Assembly (NCBI GenBank): GCA_013360215.1
Contig: JABWCP010000003.1
Span: 1-64,000 of the forward strand
DNA from: a bacterium
GTDB taxonomy: Bacteria > CLD3 > SB21
DNA: 64,000 nt
Reading direction: 5' to 3'
The notes under the pieces were generated by a model. The model did no database searches and was not told the origin of the DNA. It saw only the letters and a program-made list of their open reading frames with translations. The position numbers and the translations under genes are program-made. The number at the start of each line of letters is the position of its first letter. Positions within the stretch are counted from its first letter, which is position 1. Shown one piece after another: positions 47,872 through 58,287 of this stretch.

Positions 47872-50513
47872 TTTTTTTCCGGCGCATGCGCCGCTGTTAC
47901 TTTTTTGATCATCGTGTCCTTATTCGGCGATTCTTCCTCACGCGCTTCCTTCCATATTTTTTTACCCCACAGACGCAATAACGCCGGCAGGATAATCAGG
48001 GACGAAGCGGAACAGATAATAATACCAAACGAACACATATAACCCAGGCTGGCCAACCCGCGGTTGTCCACGAAAATCAATGAACCAAAACCGATCACTG
48101 TAGTCGCCGCACTCAGAAAAAGTGATTGGCCGGTTTCGTGAATGGCCGCATACACATCGTGGCTGTGATCTTCAAGATACCGCGAAATAATATAAATACC
48201 GTAGTCCACGCCGCTCCCGATCAAAAGCGGGAGCGTGATCATATTGACAAAATTGATCTTGATGCCCATGAGCCGCATCACACCCATGATCGTGAGCAAT
48301 GAAAATGTAAGTGGAACCATGCATACGAGTACCGCGCGAAATTTGCGATAATGCACAATCACTAAAAGCAATATCGCGGTCAAAGAAACAATCACGGCAA
48401 TTTGAAAATCCTTTTTTACGAGGGTGAGAAATTCAGCCGTCACAACGCGGATACCCGTAATGATAACGTTTTCATTACGAATCTGTTCGTCGCGATTAAA
48501 CTCATCCACAAATTGATTGACGATATCGATTTCATACGACTGACCTGTAAAATCAACTTGGGTGACCACTTTTTTTACGCCGTTACGTTCCACGTAAAAA
48601 TGTTTCATGATTTCATTAAAGCCTTCGTCTTCGAAGTTGCGTATCGTGATAGGCTCACGCACCTGCAACATATCGCGCAAACGGTCGAGACGGAAATAAT
48701 TCATCCGAAGTCCGTTTTTATTCATCTCCAACCGGATTTTAAAGAGAATACTCTCGACGTCCAGATTGCGAATGGCCTCAAGGTTATGCTTCTGCTGCTC
48801 GATGGAGGGAATATAACGCAGCATGGAGTTGTATTCTTTGATCATGCCTTTGGCCGTCAATTCGTCCAATTTGGCATTGAGCTTATGCAAACGGGCGATC
48901 AACGCATCATCCGAAGTCGCCGAAACGACAACGCTGATCGGCTTAAAGTGCGAGCCGAATTTTTGTTCCAAGCGCCGGATCATCTGAAGATCAACATCGT
49001 TTTTACTGCGGATATTTTCGATGTTATCGTCAAATGTGACGCCAAGGCCTTCATCTTTACTGGGTACGACTCCGGTTAAAACGCCGATCATAAATATCGT
49101 TATGATCAGTGCGCCTGTAGCGATGTATTTCGGATGTTGGAGAACAAACCGTGAATTGAATCCAAGCAATTTGCTGAACGCGCCTTGAAGGTAATTCACA
49201 CGCGGATTTTTACGTTTACGAAGCTTGATCTCTGCCGGCATGACAATCACAACCGCAACAAAAAGTATCAGGATGCCTACCCCGCCGAGAAAACCCAGTT
49301 CATACAATCCGCGGAATTCAGTAACCATGAGTACGATAAAAACAAATGCCGTACTGACAGCACCGTAAAAAACACTGGTACCGGTTTCGCGAAACGTGAT
49401 ATCCAGATTTTTTTCAACCGTATTATGGCGTTCATGCGTTTCCTGTTCGACAAAGCGATTATAGATATGTATCGCATAATCTACCCCAAGCCCCAATAAC
49501 ATCGCACCGGCTGCCGCCGTGATGATATTGACTTTTTCAAACATCAGATCGGCAAAACAAAATACCCACGTCACACCGGCAAGTATCGGTATCATGATAA
49601 ACGCCAGCGAACGAAAATTACCAAAGAAAAAAAAGAAGAGTACAAGAATTAATAATATCACAATAAACGAACTGCTGATCAGACCTTGTTTGACGGCATT
49701 GGCGTTGGCGAGGGACGAAACATAGTTACCGCCCAAAGTCACGGAGAGTTTTTTACCGTTATCACCCATCGCTACGATAAGCGAATCGGTAATTTCGCGG
49801 CTGCGTCCTACGATCGTTTCGCAAAATTTCGTGTCATTCGCTACGCCGTCCGGTTTGACGAACATGAGCAGCGTACGTTTGTCTTTGGACATGTAGTAGC
49901 TCTCTTTTTCTCGAATTAACGAGGCATTTTGAGGGCCCAACATTTTTTCGATATACGGCACGAACAGTTCGGACAAAAGCAGCGGATCTTCGCGTAAAAC
50001 ACGCTTCAGCAAAGGATCCGGCGGAATCGGCGCATTGAGTATATTTTTAGCGTTGAGAATGGCTTTTTCGATATTGGCATCATCTAAGCGTCGCACGACC
50101 GAATCCAAATCCTGCGGTGAAAGATAGAGCAACGCATTGCGAATAAAAAAATCTTCGACAAACGATTTTTGATCGTCCGTGATCCGGTAATTGACTTGTT
50201 TGACCAATCCCGATGCCATAAAGGCCGCATCCAACCGCTCGGCGTAATCTTTGATGATTTCCGGCTCGGCGGGCAATGAATCGTTGGTTTCGATAAGCAG
50301 GATATGTGTTTCCTGCGCACCAAAATCTTCGTTGACTTCCCAAAATTCTTTGATGAGTTTGGAATTTTGCGGCAACAGATCAAAATTATTAGTGCTTATT
50401 TTGATCTGCATCATGTAATATGTAGAGACAACAGTTATAAGCCCGACGGCTATAAGAACGGACGTAGAGTGACGATAACAAAAACCTGCAATGGCCGACA
50501 AAATACGCTTCAT
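47868..50513 (-). CDS. MMPL/RND family lipid transporter
   Basis: Two repeats of TM plus periplasmic domain; GLGVDYAIH and GSGVDYGIY motifs. Confidence 0.9.
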   Translation of the reverse strand: MKRILSAIAGFCYRHSTSVLIAVGLITVVSTYYMMQIKISTNNFDLLPQNSKLIKEFWEVNEDFGAQETHILLIETNDSLPAEPEIIKDYAERLDAAFMASGLVKQVNYRITDDQKSFVEDFFIRNALLYLSPQDLDSVVRRLDDANIEKAILNAKNILNAPIPPDPLLKRVLREDPLLLSELFVPYIEKMLGPQNASLIREKESYYMSKDKRTLLMFVKPDGVANDTKFCETIVGRSREITDSLIVAMGDNGKKLSVTLGGNYVSSLANANAVKQGLISSSFIVILLILVLFFFFFGNFRSLAFIMIPILAGVTWVFCFADLMFEKVNIITAAAGAMLLGLGVDYAIHIYNRFVEQETHERHNTVEKNLDITFRETGTSVFYGAVSTAFVFIVLMVTEFRGLYELGFLGGVGILILFVAVVIVMPAEIKLRKRKNPRVNYLQGAFSKLLGFNSRFVLQHPKYIATGALIITIFMIGVLTGVVPSKDEGLGVTFDDNIENIRSKNDVDLQMIRRLEQKFGSHFKPISVVVSATSDDALIARLHKLNAKLDELTAKGMIKEYNSMLRYIPSIEQQKHNLEAIRNLDVESILFKIRLEMNKNGLRMNYFRLDRLRDMLQVREPITIRNFEDEGFNEIMKHFYVERNGVKKVVTQVDFTGQSYEIDIVNQFVDEFNRDEQIRNENVIITGIRVVTAEFLTLVKKDFQIAVIVSLTAILLLVIVHYRKFRAVLVCMVPLTFSLLTIMGVMRLMGIKINFVNMITLPLLIGSGVDYGIYIISRYLEDHSHDVYAAIHETGQSLFLSAATTVIGFGSLIFVDNRGLASLGYMCSFGIIICSASSLIILPALLRLWGKKIWKEAREEESPNKDTMIKKVTAAHAPEKK

Positions 50514-50653
50514 ACAATACTCCTAAATAGTGGCGCAAAATAGAATATTTAGGTTATTTGTGCAATTTAATTCACCTCTTTATTTGTCATCATAACATGG
50601 ACTGTTTACCGCTTTCGCATTGAATTAAAGTTCGCGAACATCTACTTTTTTGT

Positions 50654-52894
50654 ATGACCACACAATATATATTACAACCCATGCGATGGGTTATAGGAAT
50701 CAGTCTTTTGGGAATGGTATTACCCGTTATGGCACAGCATGGCCATTCCTTAAAAGTTTCCGAGACGGATGATCTCTCCGCGGCCGATGTGTCTTTTTAC
50801 CTTCAAAGAGCCTCTGAACTTTTAGAGCAGCGTGAATATGCATCGGCATTACGCCATTTTGTTTTTGCCGGGGAAATCGAGCCTTCATTGTATCGTCAAT
50901 TTGTTTTTCAGTACAAATTGGCCAAAACGTATCGCGGTCTTCGCCAGATGGAAAAGGCCATCCAATATTTTTCACATACCGCGACCGACTCGGCGTTTGG
51001 CGACTTTGCGCTCTTATCTCTCGGTGAATTATATTTGGCTGTAGATAGTACGAATCAAGCCGGGTCGGTTGCACGCCAGTTGTTGCGCCGTTTCCCCAAG
51101 TCCGCTCTTATTCCGCATGGGTATTATCTCCTGCTGAAGAGTACTGATATTCAAAAAGATGACGGGGCATGGAAACCGACGATGGCGGATCTGCGGCGCA
51201 TTCTGTCGGATTATCCGAAATTGCAAATGCAGTGGGAACCCGATCTCCTGCAAAGAGAAGCACGTTTTTTTATACGCAATCGTGAAAACGAACAGGCGCA
51301 GGCGATTTTACGTCGTTTACAAAACGAATACCCTTACTCACAAGAGGCATACGAGGCTTGGCCGCAATTATTTAGTTTTTATCCATCCAAAAACAATCCT
51401 CCCCCTGTAGATGACTTGATCAATGCATTGCAGGTGCGCATGATGCAAGGTCATCATACCGAAGCGCTCAATATGATCGCCGCTTTAAGGACATGGTATA
51501 TAGATGATTTCGCTCATAAAGAAATAGATTTTATGACGGCGCGCATTTATTTCGCTCAAGGAAAGTACGACTTGGCGTTGCCGCGTTTTGCCAATCTATG
51601 GTCGGATCATGCGTCTGCGGAAGCGCTTTTTCAGATGGGTCGCGCAGCACGTTATGCGGATGAAATCGAACGATCCATTCACGCGTACGGCCAATACTTG
51701 CAGCACGGAAAACTCAACGATGCATGGTCGTCGTATATTCGTTTTGAAATGGCCAACAACCGTGCGATACACTTCGATTCCGCCGCGATCGGTGAAGTCA
51801 ACGACGGATACCGTTCCGTATATCAAAACGCCTCCCAACGTTCGCACTATGCCGTCGCATCGCGCTTTCGCGAAGGGCTCAATTGGTATGTCGCCGGGAC
51901 GTATGACAGCGCGATCGTTTATTGGGAAAAATATATGCGCAGTACGCCGTCTCAAAAAACACGCGCACAATACTGGATCGCCCGCGCGTACGCCAAAAAA
52001 AATGACATACAAAAAGCGAAAGCGTTGTACGAAAGTATTACGCACACCAAAGGGGATGAATACTATACCACATTAGCACACATGCGTTTGACTTCGCATG
52101 ACCTGCGCGCTTTTTATTTTACCGATACGACCGATAGCGGCAACAAGACCAAAAAATTATTCCACCCCGTAAGCATCCCCGATATCGGTAATGATCCGAG
52201 ATTGGACCGCGTAGCGATGGCTATTAGAATCGGTGAAGTGGCGTGGGGGGAACAGGAAGCCGAGCCGCTGGTGAATGACTACATCACCCGCCGCGATCGG
52301 GGTGAAAAATTTCGTGATTATTTGGAAAGCCTGCACGCATACGATCTGGCCGTGGATGTCAATGTTGCTCTGAAAAAGAAATACCGCAGCTATTATAAAA
52401 TATACAATGACGACGTGCGCATGTTTTATCCGCTGTACTATCGTCCGTTGGTTAGGCATCATGCGACAGCCTATCGTCTGGACGAAACTCTGATCTTTGC
52501 ATTGATCAAATCAGAAAGCGCTTTCCGCACGTACGCATTGTCCCCCGCTCGCGCGATCGGTTTGATGCAAATCATGCCGTTTACGGGCAAAGCGCTGGCG
52601 GCAGAAACCGGTATGCCCGACTTTCAACCTTCGTCTTTGCATGAACCGGACGTCAGCATTCACCTCGGATCCCACTATCTCCGGCAACTTGCCGATATGT
52701 ATAAAAATTATATACCGGCTGTATTGGGCGCATACAACGCGGGGCCGCATCGCGCCACGTTTTGGATGAAAGCGTTTAACAACGAGGAACCTGACATCAT
52801 GCCGGAAGTGGTGGAGATTTTTGAAACGGAAACGTATATCAAACGCATTCTCGTGGATCGCTATAAATACGATCTGAAACTGCACGCTAAATAA
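50654..52894 (+). CDS. Soluble lytic transglycosylase (Slt-like, TPR plus SLT domain)
   Basis: IKSESAF, AIGLMQIMP, AYNAG, ET..Y motifs. Confidence 0.9.
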   Translation: MTTQYILQPMRWVIGISLLGMVLPVMAQHGHSLKVSETDDLSAADVSFYLQRASELLEQREYASALRHFVFAGEIEPSLYRQFVFQYKLAKTYRGLRQMEKAIQYFSHTATDSAFGDFALLSLGELYLAVDSTNQAGSVARQLLRRFPKSALIPHGYYLLLKSTDIQKDDGAWKPTMADLRRILSDYPKLQMQWEPDLLQREARFFIRNRENEQAQAILRRLQNEYPYSQEAYEAWPQLFSFYPSKNNPPPVDDLINALQVRMMQGHHTEALNMIAALRTWYIDDFAHKEIDFMTARIYFAQGKYDLALPRFANLWSDHASAEALFQMGRAARYADEIERSIHAYGQYLQHGKLNDAWSSYIRFEMANNRAIHFDSAAIGEVNDGYRSVYQNASQRSHYAVASRFREGLNWYVAGTYDSAIVYWEKYMRSTPSQKTRAQYWIARAYAKKNDIQKAKALYESITHTKGDEYYTTLAHMRLTSHDLRAFYFTDTTDSGNKTKKLFHPVSIPDIGNDPRLDRVAMAIRIGEVAWGEQEAEPLVNDYITRRDRGEKFRDYLESLHAYDLAVDVNVALKKKYRSYYKIYNDDVRMFYPLYYRPLVRHHATAYRLDETLIFALIKSESAFRTYALSPARAIGLMQIMPFTGKALAAETGMPDFQPSSLHEPDVSIHLGSHYLRQLADMYKNYIPAVLGAYNAGPHRATFWMKAFNNEEPDIMPEVVEIFETETYIKRILVDRYKYDLKLHAK

Positions 52895-54305
52895 AATCCG
52901 AATACACCATGCGTTGGAATATGCGGCAATCACTGCAATTGCGCACACGGCACTTTTTATGCAGTTCGATCAGCCCTTGCGCATATTCGGCATTGATCCG
53001 ATCCGGCATGCCCGGTAAGCGTTTCCTCATCCAGCCGATGATATGATTGTGTTCGTACGATGCCCACGTTTTCATACACGTCATGACGGTATCATGCAGT
53101 TGTTTATCCCCTCGGCGTTGTGCGTACAGCGTGACGTACGGAACGATCGCATTGACGATGATCTCGTATGCGCGTTGCTTTCCGATCAGATCGGAATACG
53201 CGCGGCTCGTTTGGACATTCCACCAAATGTGTTCCCCCCAATAACCGTAGGCACGGACTTTTAGAATACGATGTAAGTTTTTGAGAATTACTGGCGGCGT
53301 GTCGCATTGAGAAAATAGTCGTACCACAGCAGCACTCAAACCGTCTTTGAGATGAGTTACAAGCAATCCCGCAAGAGCGGCCATGCGCGGAAGAGGGTAA
53401 TTTTTCGGGCGAAGCCGGTCGCGTATCCAAACCTCGGCATGCAACGGAGTAATTTGGTACTGCGAAGATAAGGCCAACCACAAATCCCATAATCGCCCTG
53501 CATAAGGCCACAACTTGGGATCGGCTGACATTGTCGCCTCATCCGGAAGCAAACCCGCCGCACCGATCAGCAGCGCTTGCACACGCATCAGCGCGACCGA
53601 TGAATCTACACCACTTGCCGAAGCATACACTACATCATAAGGCACACGTTCGGCTAACATACAAAAAGGAAGCCTGTTCTTTGTAAAGCCCATCGCATCA
53701 CACAGAGCATAGTAGAGAAGCTGCTCATCCGGCCACTGTTTTTCTTTTTGTAAGTTTTTGAGTTGCTCGGTTTTCCGGCGCAGCCGATGCGCACCATTTT
53801 CCTGCACCCATTGCGTTACAAATTCAGGTTCGATGGACGACACAAAGTCACTGCAAAAAAGAGTATCCTGATCCGCATCCAATAGCATTACCTTTTCCGT
53901 CAGCGTTTTCAAAGTATCGCTCAGTTGATCTTTGATTTCCAGCGTGTATGGTGCCCCTTGGTGCAGATCTTTATCGTGACGGTACACGACATGTAAGATC
54001 ACTCGAAAATAAGCCGGATCGCGTTCATGGCCGTGTTTGAGCCAGTCTGTGGTTTGCCAGTGAATTTCTACATCGCCGCACAATATCGTATCACCGATGC
54101 GCAAAGTCGCCTGACGAAAGTCCGGCCCACTGCCGCTGTGCCATCGCCCTTTGTCTAAAATGCGAATTTTATGCCCCTCCACGGTCGTCAGATCATCCAT
54201 ACGCAAAAACAGGTAATTCCATATACCCTGTATGATGTGTTCGGAAATGCGTTCGGCATTTTCACGCAACTGGATGTCGCTATAAATGGACTCGACGTAA
54301 AACAT
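52887..54305 (-). CDS. DUF2851 family protein
   Basis: GPDF..A, GDVEIH...DW..HGH..DPAY..VILHVV, G...N..PF, RP.N.P..R, C..C C-terminus. Confidence 0.85.
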   Translation of the reverse strand: MFYVESIYSDIQLRENAERISEHIIQGIWNYLFLRMDDLTTVEGHKIRILDKGRWHSGSGPDFRQATLRIGDTILCGDVEIHWQTTDWLKHGHERDPAYFRVILHVVYRHDKDLHQGAPYTLEIKDQLSDTLKTLTEKVMLLDADQDTLFCSDFVSSIEPEFVTQWVQENGAHRLRRKTEQLKNLQKEKQWPDEQLLYYALCDAMGFTKNRLPFCMLAERVPYDVVYASASGVDSSVALMRVQALLIGAAGLLPDEATMSADPKLWPYAGRLWDLWLALSSQYQITPLHAEVWIRDRLRPKNYPLPRMAALAGLLVTHLKDGLSAAVVRLFSQCDTPPVILKNLHRILKVRAYGYWGEHIWWNVQTSRAYSDLIGKQRAYEIIVNAIVPYVTLYAQRRGDKQLHDTVMTCMKTWASYEHNHIIGWMRKRLPGMPDRINAEYAQGLIELHKKCRVRNCSDCRIFQRMVYSDFI

Positions 54306-54315
54306 AAAAAATCTG

Positions 54316-54343
54316 TTGCAAAAAATGGAAAACTGGCTATATT
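54316..54343 (+). promoter_or_regulatory. Sigma70-like promoter of tRNA-Leu
   Basis: TTGCAA-N16-TATATT. Confidence 0.55.
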
Positions 54344-54371
54344 CATGCCACGTTTTTTGAAACGATAAAAC

Positions 54372-54457
54372 GCCGAAGTGGTGGAATTGGTAGACGCGCT
54401 GGACTCAAAATCCAGTTGGGCTCAAACCCAGTGAGAGTTCGAGTCTCTCCTTCGGCA
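54372..54457 (+). tRNA. tRNA-Leu(CAA); CCA end not encoded
   Basis: GCCGAAG/CTTCGGC acceptor stem, D-loop TGGTAGA, CTGGA-CTCAAAA-TCCAG anticodon arm, long variable arm, GTTCGAG T-loop. Confidence 0.96.
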
Positions 54458-54461
54458 CCCC

Positions 54462-54497
54462 AAAGCCATGCATAATACTGTTATGCATGGCTTTTTT
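54462..54497 (+). terminator. Intrinsic terminator after the tRNA
   Basis: AAAGCCATGCATAA/TTATGCATGGCTTT stem plus T-run. Confidence 0.85.
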
Positions 54498-54717
54498 ATT
54501 TCTCTCAATTAAAAATCTCGCATCGTATTTATTAAAAAATACACCACGATAGTTTGAATTTTATGTCAATTTCTGACAAAAAAAGGCCTTAGAGTTATAT
54601 ACGACGTAGTATAGAAACGACAGCCAATAAAAAAAACCCGGTTTTAATTATCCAATTTTCTTTTAGTGATTAAATAAATCCCTTATTTTCAATTGGTATA
54701 AATCGCGCACGATTTAC

Positions 54718-54746
54718 TTGCATAGCCCGATTTCACGATATACATT
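54718..54746 (+). promoter_or_regulatory. Candidate cas operon promoter
   Basis: TTGCAT-N17-TACATT, preceded by the palindrome TAAATCG-CGCA-CGATTTA (54699-54716). Confidence 0.5.
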
Positions 54747-54825
54747 AATAGGTCTCTCAGTAAAATATCTCCGAGTGAAGAAATCTCTTAATCGAAACGG
54801 AGAGGAATCAATTCGTCAATAAAAT

Positions 54826-54923
54826 AAAAAAGGCTCTACTGCTTTCGCAGGCAGAGCCCAAGACTTTTCATCTGCGGCATATAGCCTTATTGTGAAAAGA
54901 TTTCAAAGGTGTGATTTGATCAC
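54826..54923 (-). ncRNA. tracrRNA
   Basis: Minus strand reads ACACCTTTGAAATC-TTTT-CACAAT (anti-repeat to GTTGTG-GTTT-GATTTCAAAGGTGT), then nexus AAGGCTATATGCC, then terminator GGCTCTGCCTGCGAAAGCAGTAGAGCC-TTTTTT. Confidence 0.9.
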
Positions 54924-54928
54924 AAACT

Positions 54929-54957
54929 AAGATAATATCAGATTCGTCGTTTGTCAA
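54929..54957 (-). promoter_or_regulatory. tracrRNA promoter
   Basis: Minus strand TTGACA-N17-TATCTT; predicted start about 54921-54923. Confidence 0.75.
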
Positions 54958-54975
54958 TACTCTATGGAGGAAAAA

Positions 54976-57900
54976 ATGGGAAAAACTCTTGGGTTGGATT
55001 TAGGCACTAATTCCATCGGATGGGCCTTAGTTGATAACGAACATAAGCAAATCATAAAAACCGGTGTTCGTATCTTTCCGGAGGGCATCAATAGGGATAC
55101 TAAGGGTTCTGAAGTGTCAAAAAATGAATCACGAAGACTAGCCCGCCAAGCGCGTCGAAATAATTTCAGAACAAAGATGCGGAAATCAATACTTAAAAAA
55201 GCGTTGATTGCTAATGAATTGTGTCCAAATGGCGATACGTTAACCGATTGGCATGCGCTAAATCCATACGAACTCAGGTCGCGAGCGTTAAAGGAAAAAT
55301 TATCACTTCACGAAATAGGCAGAATCTTATATCACCTTTCGCAACGCCGAGGCTTCAAAAGCAGTCGAAAAACGGCCAATGATAAAAATGAAGGAAGCAT
55401 ATTTGACGGAGATGAAAAAATCGGAAAAACGGGTATCAATGAAACAAGTGATTTCATAGCAAAACATGGAACCCTTGGGAATTACCTTGCCTCATTGGTT
55501 CCTGACAAGAAACCTTACAATCAACTGAAAAGGATACGTAATCGTTATACAACCCGTGATATGTATATTCACGAATTTCAGATCGTATGGGAAGCTCAAT
55601 CAAAGTATTATCCCACCGCCTTAAATAATGAACTTCGTGATACGATAGGACATCCTGAAAAGGGGATTTTGTTCTTCCAACGCCCACTAAGATCGCAGAA
55701 ATTTCTTATCGGCAAGTGTACGCTTGAAAAAAAGAAACCACGCTGCCCCTCCAGTGCGCTTCCTTTTGAAGAATTTCGCGCATGGCAATTTATTAATTCG
55801 ATACAGCGCTGGAACTCTAACGGTGAAATCATCAATTTTTCAACAGAAGAGCGACTCGCTATCTTAGATGTTATCAATACTTCCGAAAAAGCTTTCGAAT
55901 TCAAAAAAATACTCAACAAAATTGATAAGAAGAGGTTATATAGATATAACTACGTACCCGATCACACCGTACCGGCAAACCCCACACATGCCGGGCTGAT
56001 CAAGGTCTTTGGAAACAAATTATGGAATGCCATGACTGAAGATGATAAAGAAACTATTTGGCATAACTTATTTATTGCCAAAGAAAATGAATGGCTTAAA
56101 GGAGAAACAAATTCCAATTCTCACAGATGGTCCGATCGAGCAAAGGTGCTTGGCTTGTCAGATGAACAGCTTGAAAAGCTTTCCAAAATACATCTTAAAG
56201 ATGATTATGCCAACCTTAGTCGCAAAGCGCTCAACAATATTTTGCCCTTCCTACGCATCGGCTTTATTTATTCGACAGCTGTTTTGTTCGGCGGCATAAA
56301 AAACGCCCTTGGGCTATTGTGGGATGAATTGAGCGAAGAATCTAAAAATAAAGTAATAGAAGAAATCAACAATCTTAAAGAGTCCAATACCGACGAAAGG
56401 CTAAACGAGCTAATAATAACTTATTTGATCAAAAGATTCTCACTCTCTCCGACCCAATTAAAAAAACTTTATCATCACAGTGATGATGAGGTTTTGAGAA
56501 AGCCTGAATTAGAAGAGTTGCCCCAGCCTAAAAACCTTCGCAATCCACTCGTTCAACAAGCATTATATGAGCTACGTAATCTTGTTAATCACATTATTAA
56601 GCAATATGGAAGACCCTCCGAAATCCGGATTGAACTAGCTCGTGATTTGAAAAACCCAAAGAAAAAACGTGACGAGATGCGTTTTGAAAACAAACAACGA
56701 GAAAGAGAAAATACTAGGATCAAGCTTGAGCTTGAAAAACTAGGTGAACTACCATCTCGTGACAATATTCAAAAATATGCGCTATGGGAAGAATGCAAAA
56801 AACAATGCCCTTATACGGGTAAAGAAATAAGCGTTACCGATCTTTTTGGGAACAAGTTTCAGATTGAACATATTATTCCGTGGAGTGTTTCTTTAGATGA
56901 CTCTATGGCCAATAAGACCTTATGTGAGGCCAATGAAAATAGAAATAAGGGCGATCTAACGCCATATCAGTATTACGGGAAGAACCTCGAAAAATGGGAT
57001 GAAGTTAAGCGTAGAGCGTATGACTTACTCCCAATGTATAAATATAAACGATTTATTCGTGAAGAAATGGCCGCTCCGGATGATTTTATAGCCCGCCAGC
57101 TTAATGATACGCGTTATATCAGCCGTGAAGCCAAACAATACCTTAGTCATGTATGCAAAAACATATTGGTTACCAAAGGCCCCTTGACGGCAGAATTGCG
57201 ACACTACTGGGGTATGAATTCTATTTTGAATCCGTCAGAAAATAAGAAAAGCCGCGATGATCACAGACATCATGCTGTAGATGCTATCGTTATCGCGTGC
57301 AGTAAAAATTCACATTTTCAAGAACTTCGATCTTGGAATAAGTATCGAAAAAGCCATGAAAATCATAATTTTCCTGAACCATGGAAAGGTTTTCTTGATG
57401 AGGCTAAACAAAGTGTCGAAAGCATACTTGTTTCTCACAAGAACAGACATCGTTTGTTATCTACAACTAAGAAAAAAATAGTTAAAGATGGGAAAAAATT
57501 TACCGGACAAGGTGTGTCCGCTCGGGGTACGCTTCACGAAGAAACCGTATATGGGAAAAGAAAATCTCCATTCGGAGACGAACATTTTTACACAGTTAGA
57601 AAACCTATCGGAAGTCTTACTCCCGCTATGATACGAGACAAGATCGTTGACCCTGAAATCCGTAAACTGATATGGGAACGTCTAATGAAGTACGACATAA
57701 ATCCTAACGATAAAAAATTTGAAATACCCAAAGACGCGTTTGCTAAACCGATATACTTACGAAACAAAAATGGCGACCCTGTACCGGTTTTTAAGGTGAG
57801 AATTCGTGTCGAATCATCAAATATACTTCAGATGCGAGAAGGGGTTAATCAATGGGTTGATCCCAAAACAAATTTGATGGTTATTTTATATCGTGATCAA

Positions 57901-58287
57901 CAAGGAACATTGTATGAAGAAGTTTTAAATTTTTTTGAAGCAACAAAAAGAAAAATCAATAAGCAATCGCTTATTAGTATTCACGAAAACAAGCAGTACT
58001 TTGAATCTATTCAAAAAAACGACCTTTTCGTACTTGGGTTAGCTAAGTCACAATTCAGAACTTATTTTTCAAGGCCTGACATCCTAAGCAAACATCTTTA
58101 TAAAGTAGAAGCTATTTCATCAAAGTATTATGAGTTTAGGCTTCACTGCGAATCAACTCAAAAAAACAATGATTTCCCGGAATACCTTATAATTAGTAGC
58201 TTGGGAGCAGGAAAAAAAGGTTGGCTAACTTTTAATCCAATAAAAGTAAAAATTGACCCATTAGGAAACATTGTCGAGGATGCTTAA
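54976..58287 (+). CDS. cas9: Type II-C Cas9, about 1103 aa
   Basis: RuvC-I GLDLGTNSIGW, Arg-rich bridge helix, RuvC-II IELARD, HNH EHIIP...NK..C...N..K, RuvC-III HHAVDA; GGAGG RBS favours ATG 54976 over 54964. Confidence 0.97.
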   Translation: MGKTLGLDLGTNSIGWALVDNEHKQIIKTGVRIFPEGINRDTKGSEVSKNESRRLARQARRNNFRTKMRKSILKKALIANELCPNGDTLTDWHALNPYELRSRALKEKLSLHEIGRILYHLSQRRGFKSSRKTANDKNEGSIFDGDEKIGKTGINETSDFIAKHGTLGNYLASLVPDKKPYNQLKRIRNRYTTRDMYIHEFQIVWEAQSKYYPTALNNELRDTIGHPEKGILFFQRPLRSQKFLIGKCTLEKKKPRCPSSALPFEEFRAWQFINSIQRWNSNGEIINFSTEERLAILDVINTSEKAFEFKKILNKIDKKRLYRYNYVPDHTVPANPTHAGLIKVFGNKLWNAMTEDDKETIWHNLFIAKENEWLKGETNSNSHRWSDRAKVLGLSDEQLEKLSKIHLKDDYANLSRKALNNILPFLRIGFIYSTAVLFGGIKNALGLLWDELSEESKNKVIEEINNLKESNTDERLNELIITYLIKRFSLSPTQLKKLYHHSDDEVLRKPELEELPQPKNLRNPLVQQALYELRNLVNHIIKQYGRPSEIRIELARDLKNPKKKRDEMRFENKQRERENTRIKLELEKLGELPSRDNIQKYALWEECKKQCPYTGKEISVTDLFGNKFQIEHIIPWSVSLDDSMANKTLCEANENRNKGDLTPYQYYGKNLEKWDEVKRRAYDLLPMYKYKRFIREEMAAPDDFIARQLNDTRYISREAKQYLSHVCKNILVTKGPLTAELRHYWGMNSILNPSENKKSRDDHRHHAVDAIVIACSKNSHFQELRSWNKYRKSHENHNFPEPWKGFLDEAKQSVESILVSHKNRHRLLSTTKKKIVKDGKKFTGQGVSARGTLHEETVYGKRKSPFGDEHFYTVRKPIGSLTPAMIRDKIVDPEIRKLIWERLMKYDINPNDKKFEIPKDAFAKPIYLRNKNGDPVPVFKVRIRVESSNILQMREGVNQWVDPKTNLMVILYRDQQGTLYEEVLNFFEATKRKINKQSLISIHENKQYFESIQKNDLFVLGLAKSQFRTYFSRPDILSKHLYKVEAISSKYYEFRLHCESTQKNNDFPEYLIISSLGAGKKGWLTFNPIKVKIDPLGNIVEDA

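Noticed and set aside
54751-54810. Hammerhead-like ribozyme upstream of tracrRNA
   Set aside because: A stem and GAAA are present but there is no CUGANGA core on either strand
54910-54924. TGTGA-N5-TCACA as a CRP site
   Set aside because: Spacing is 5 rather than 6, and it is explained as the tracrRNA 5' hairpin
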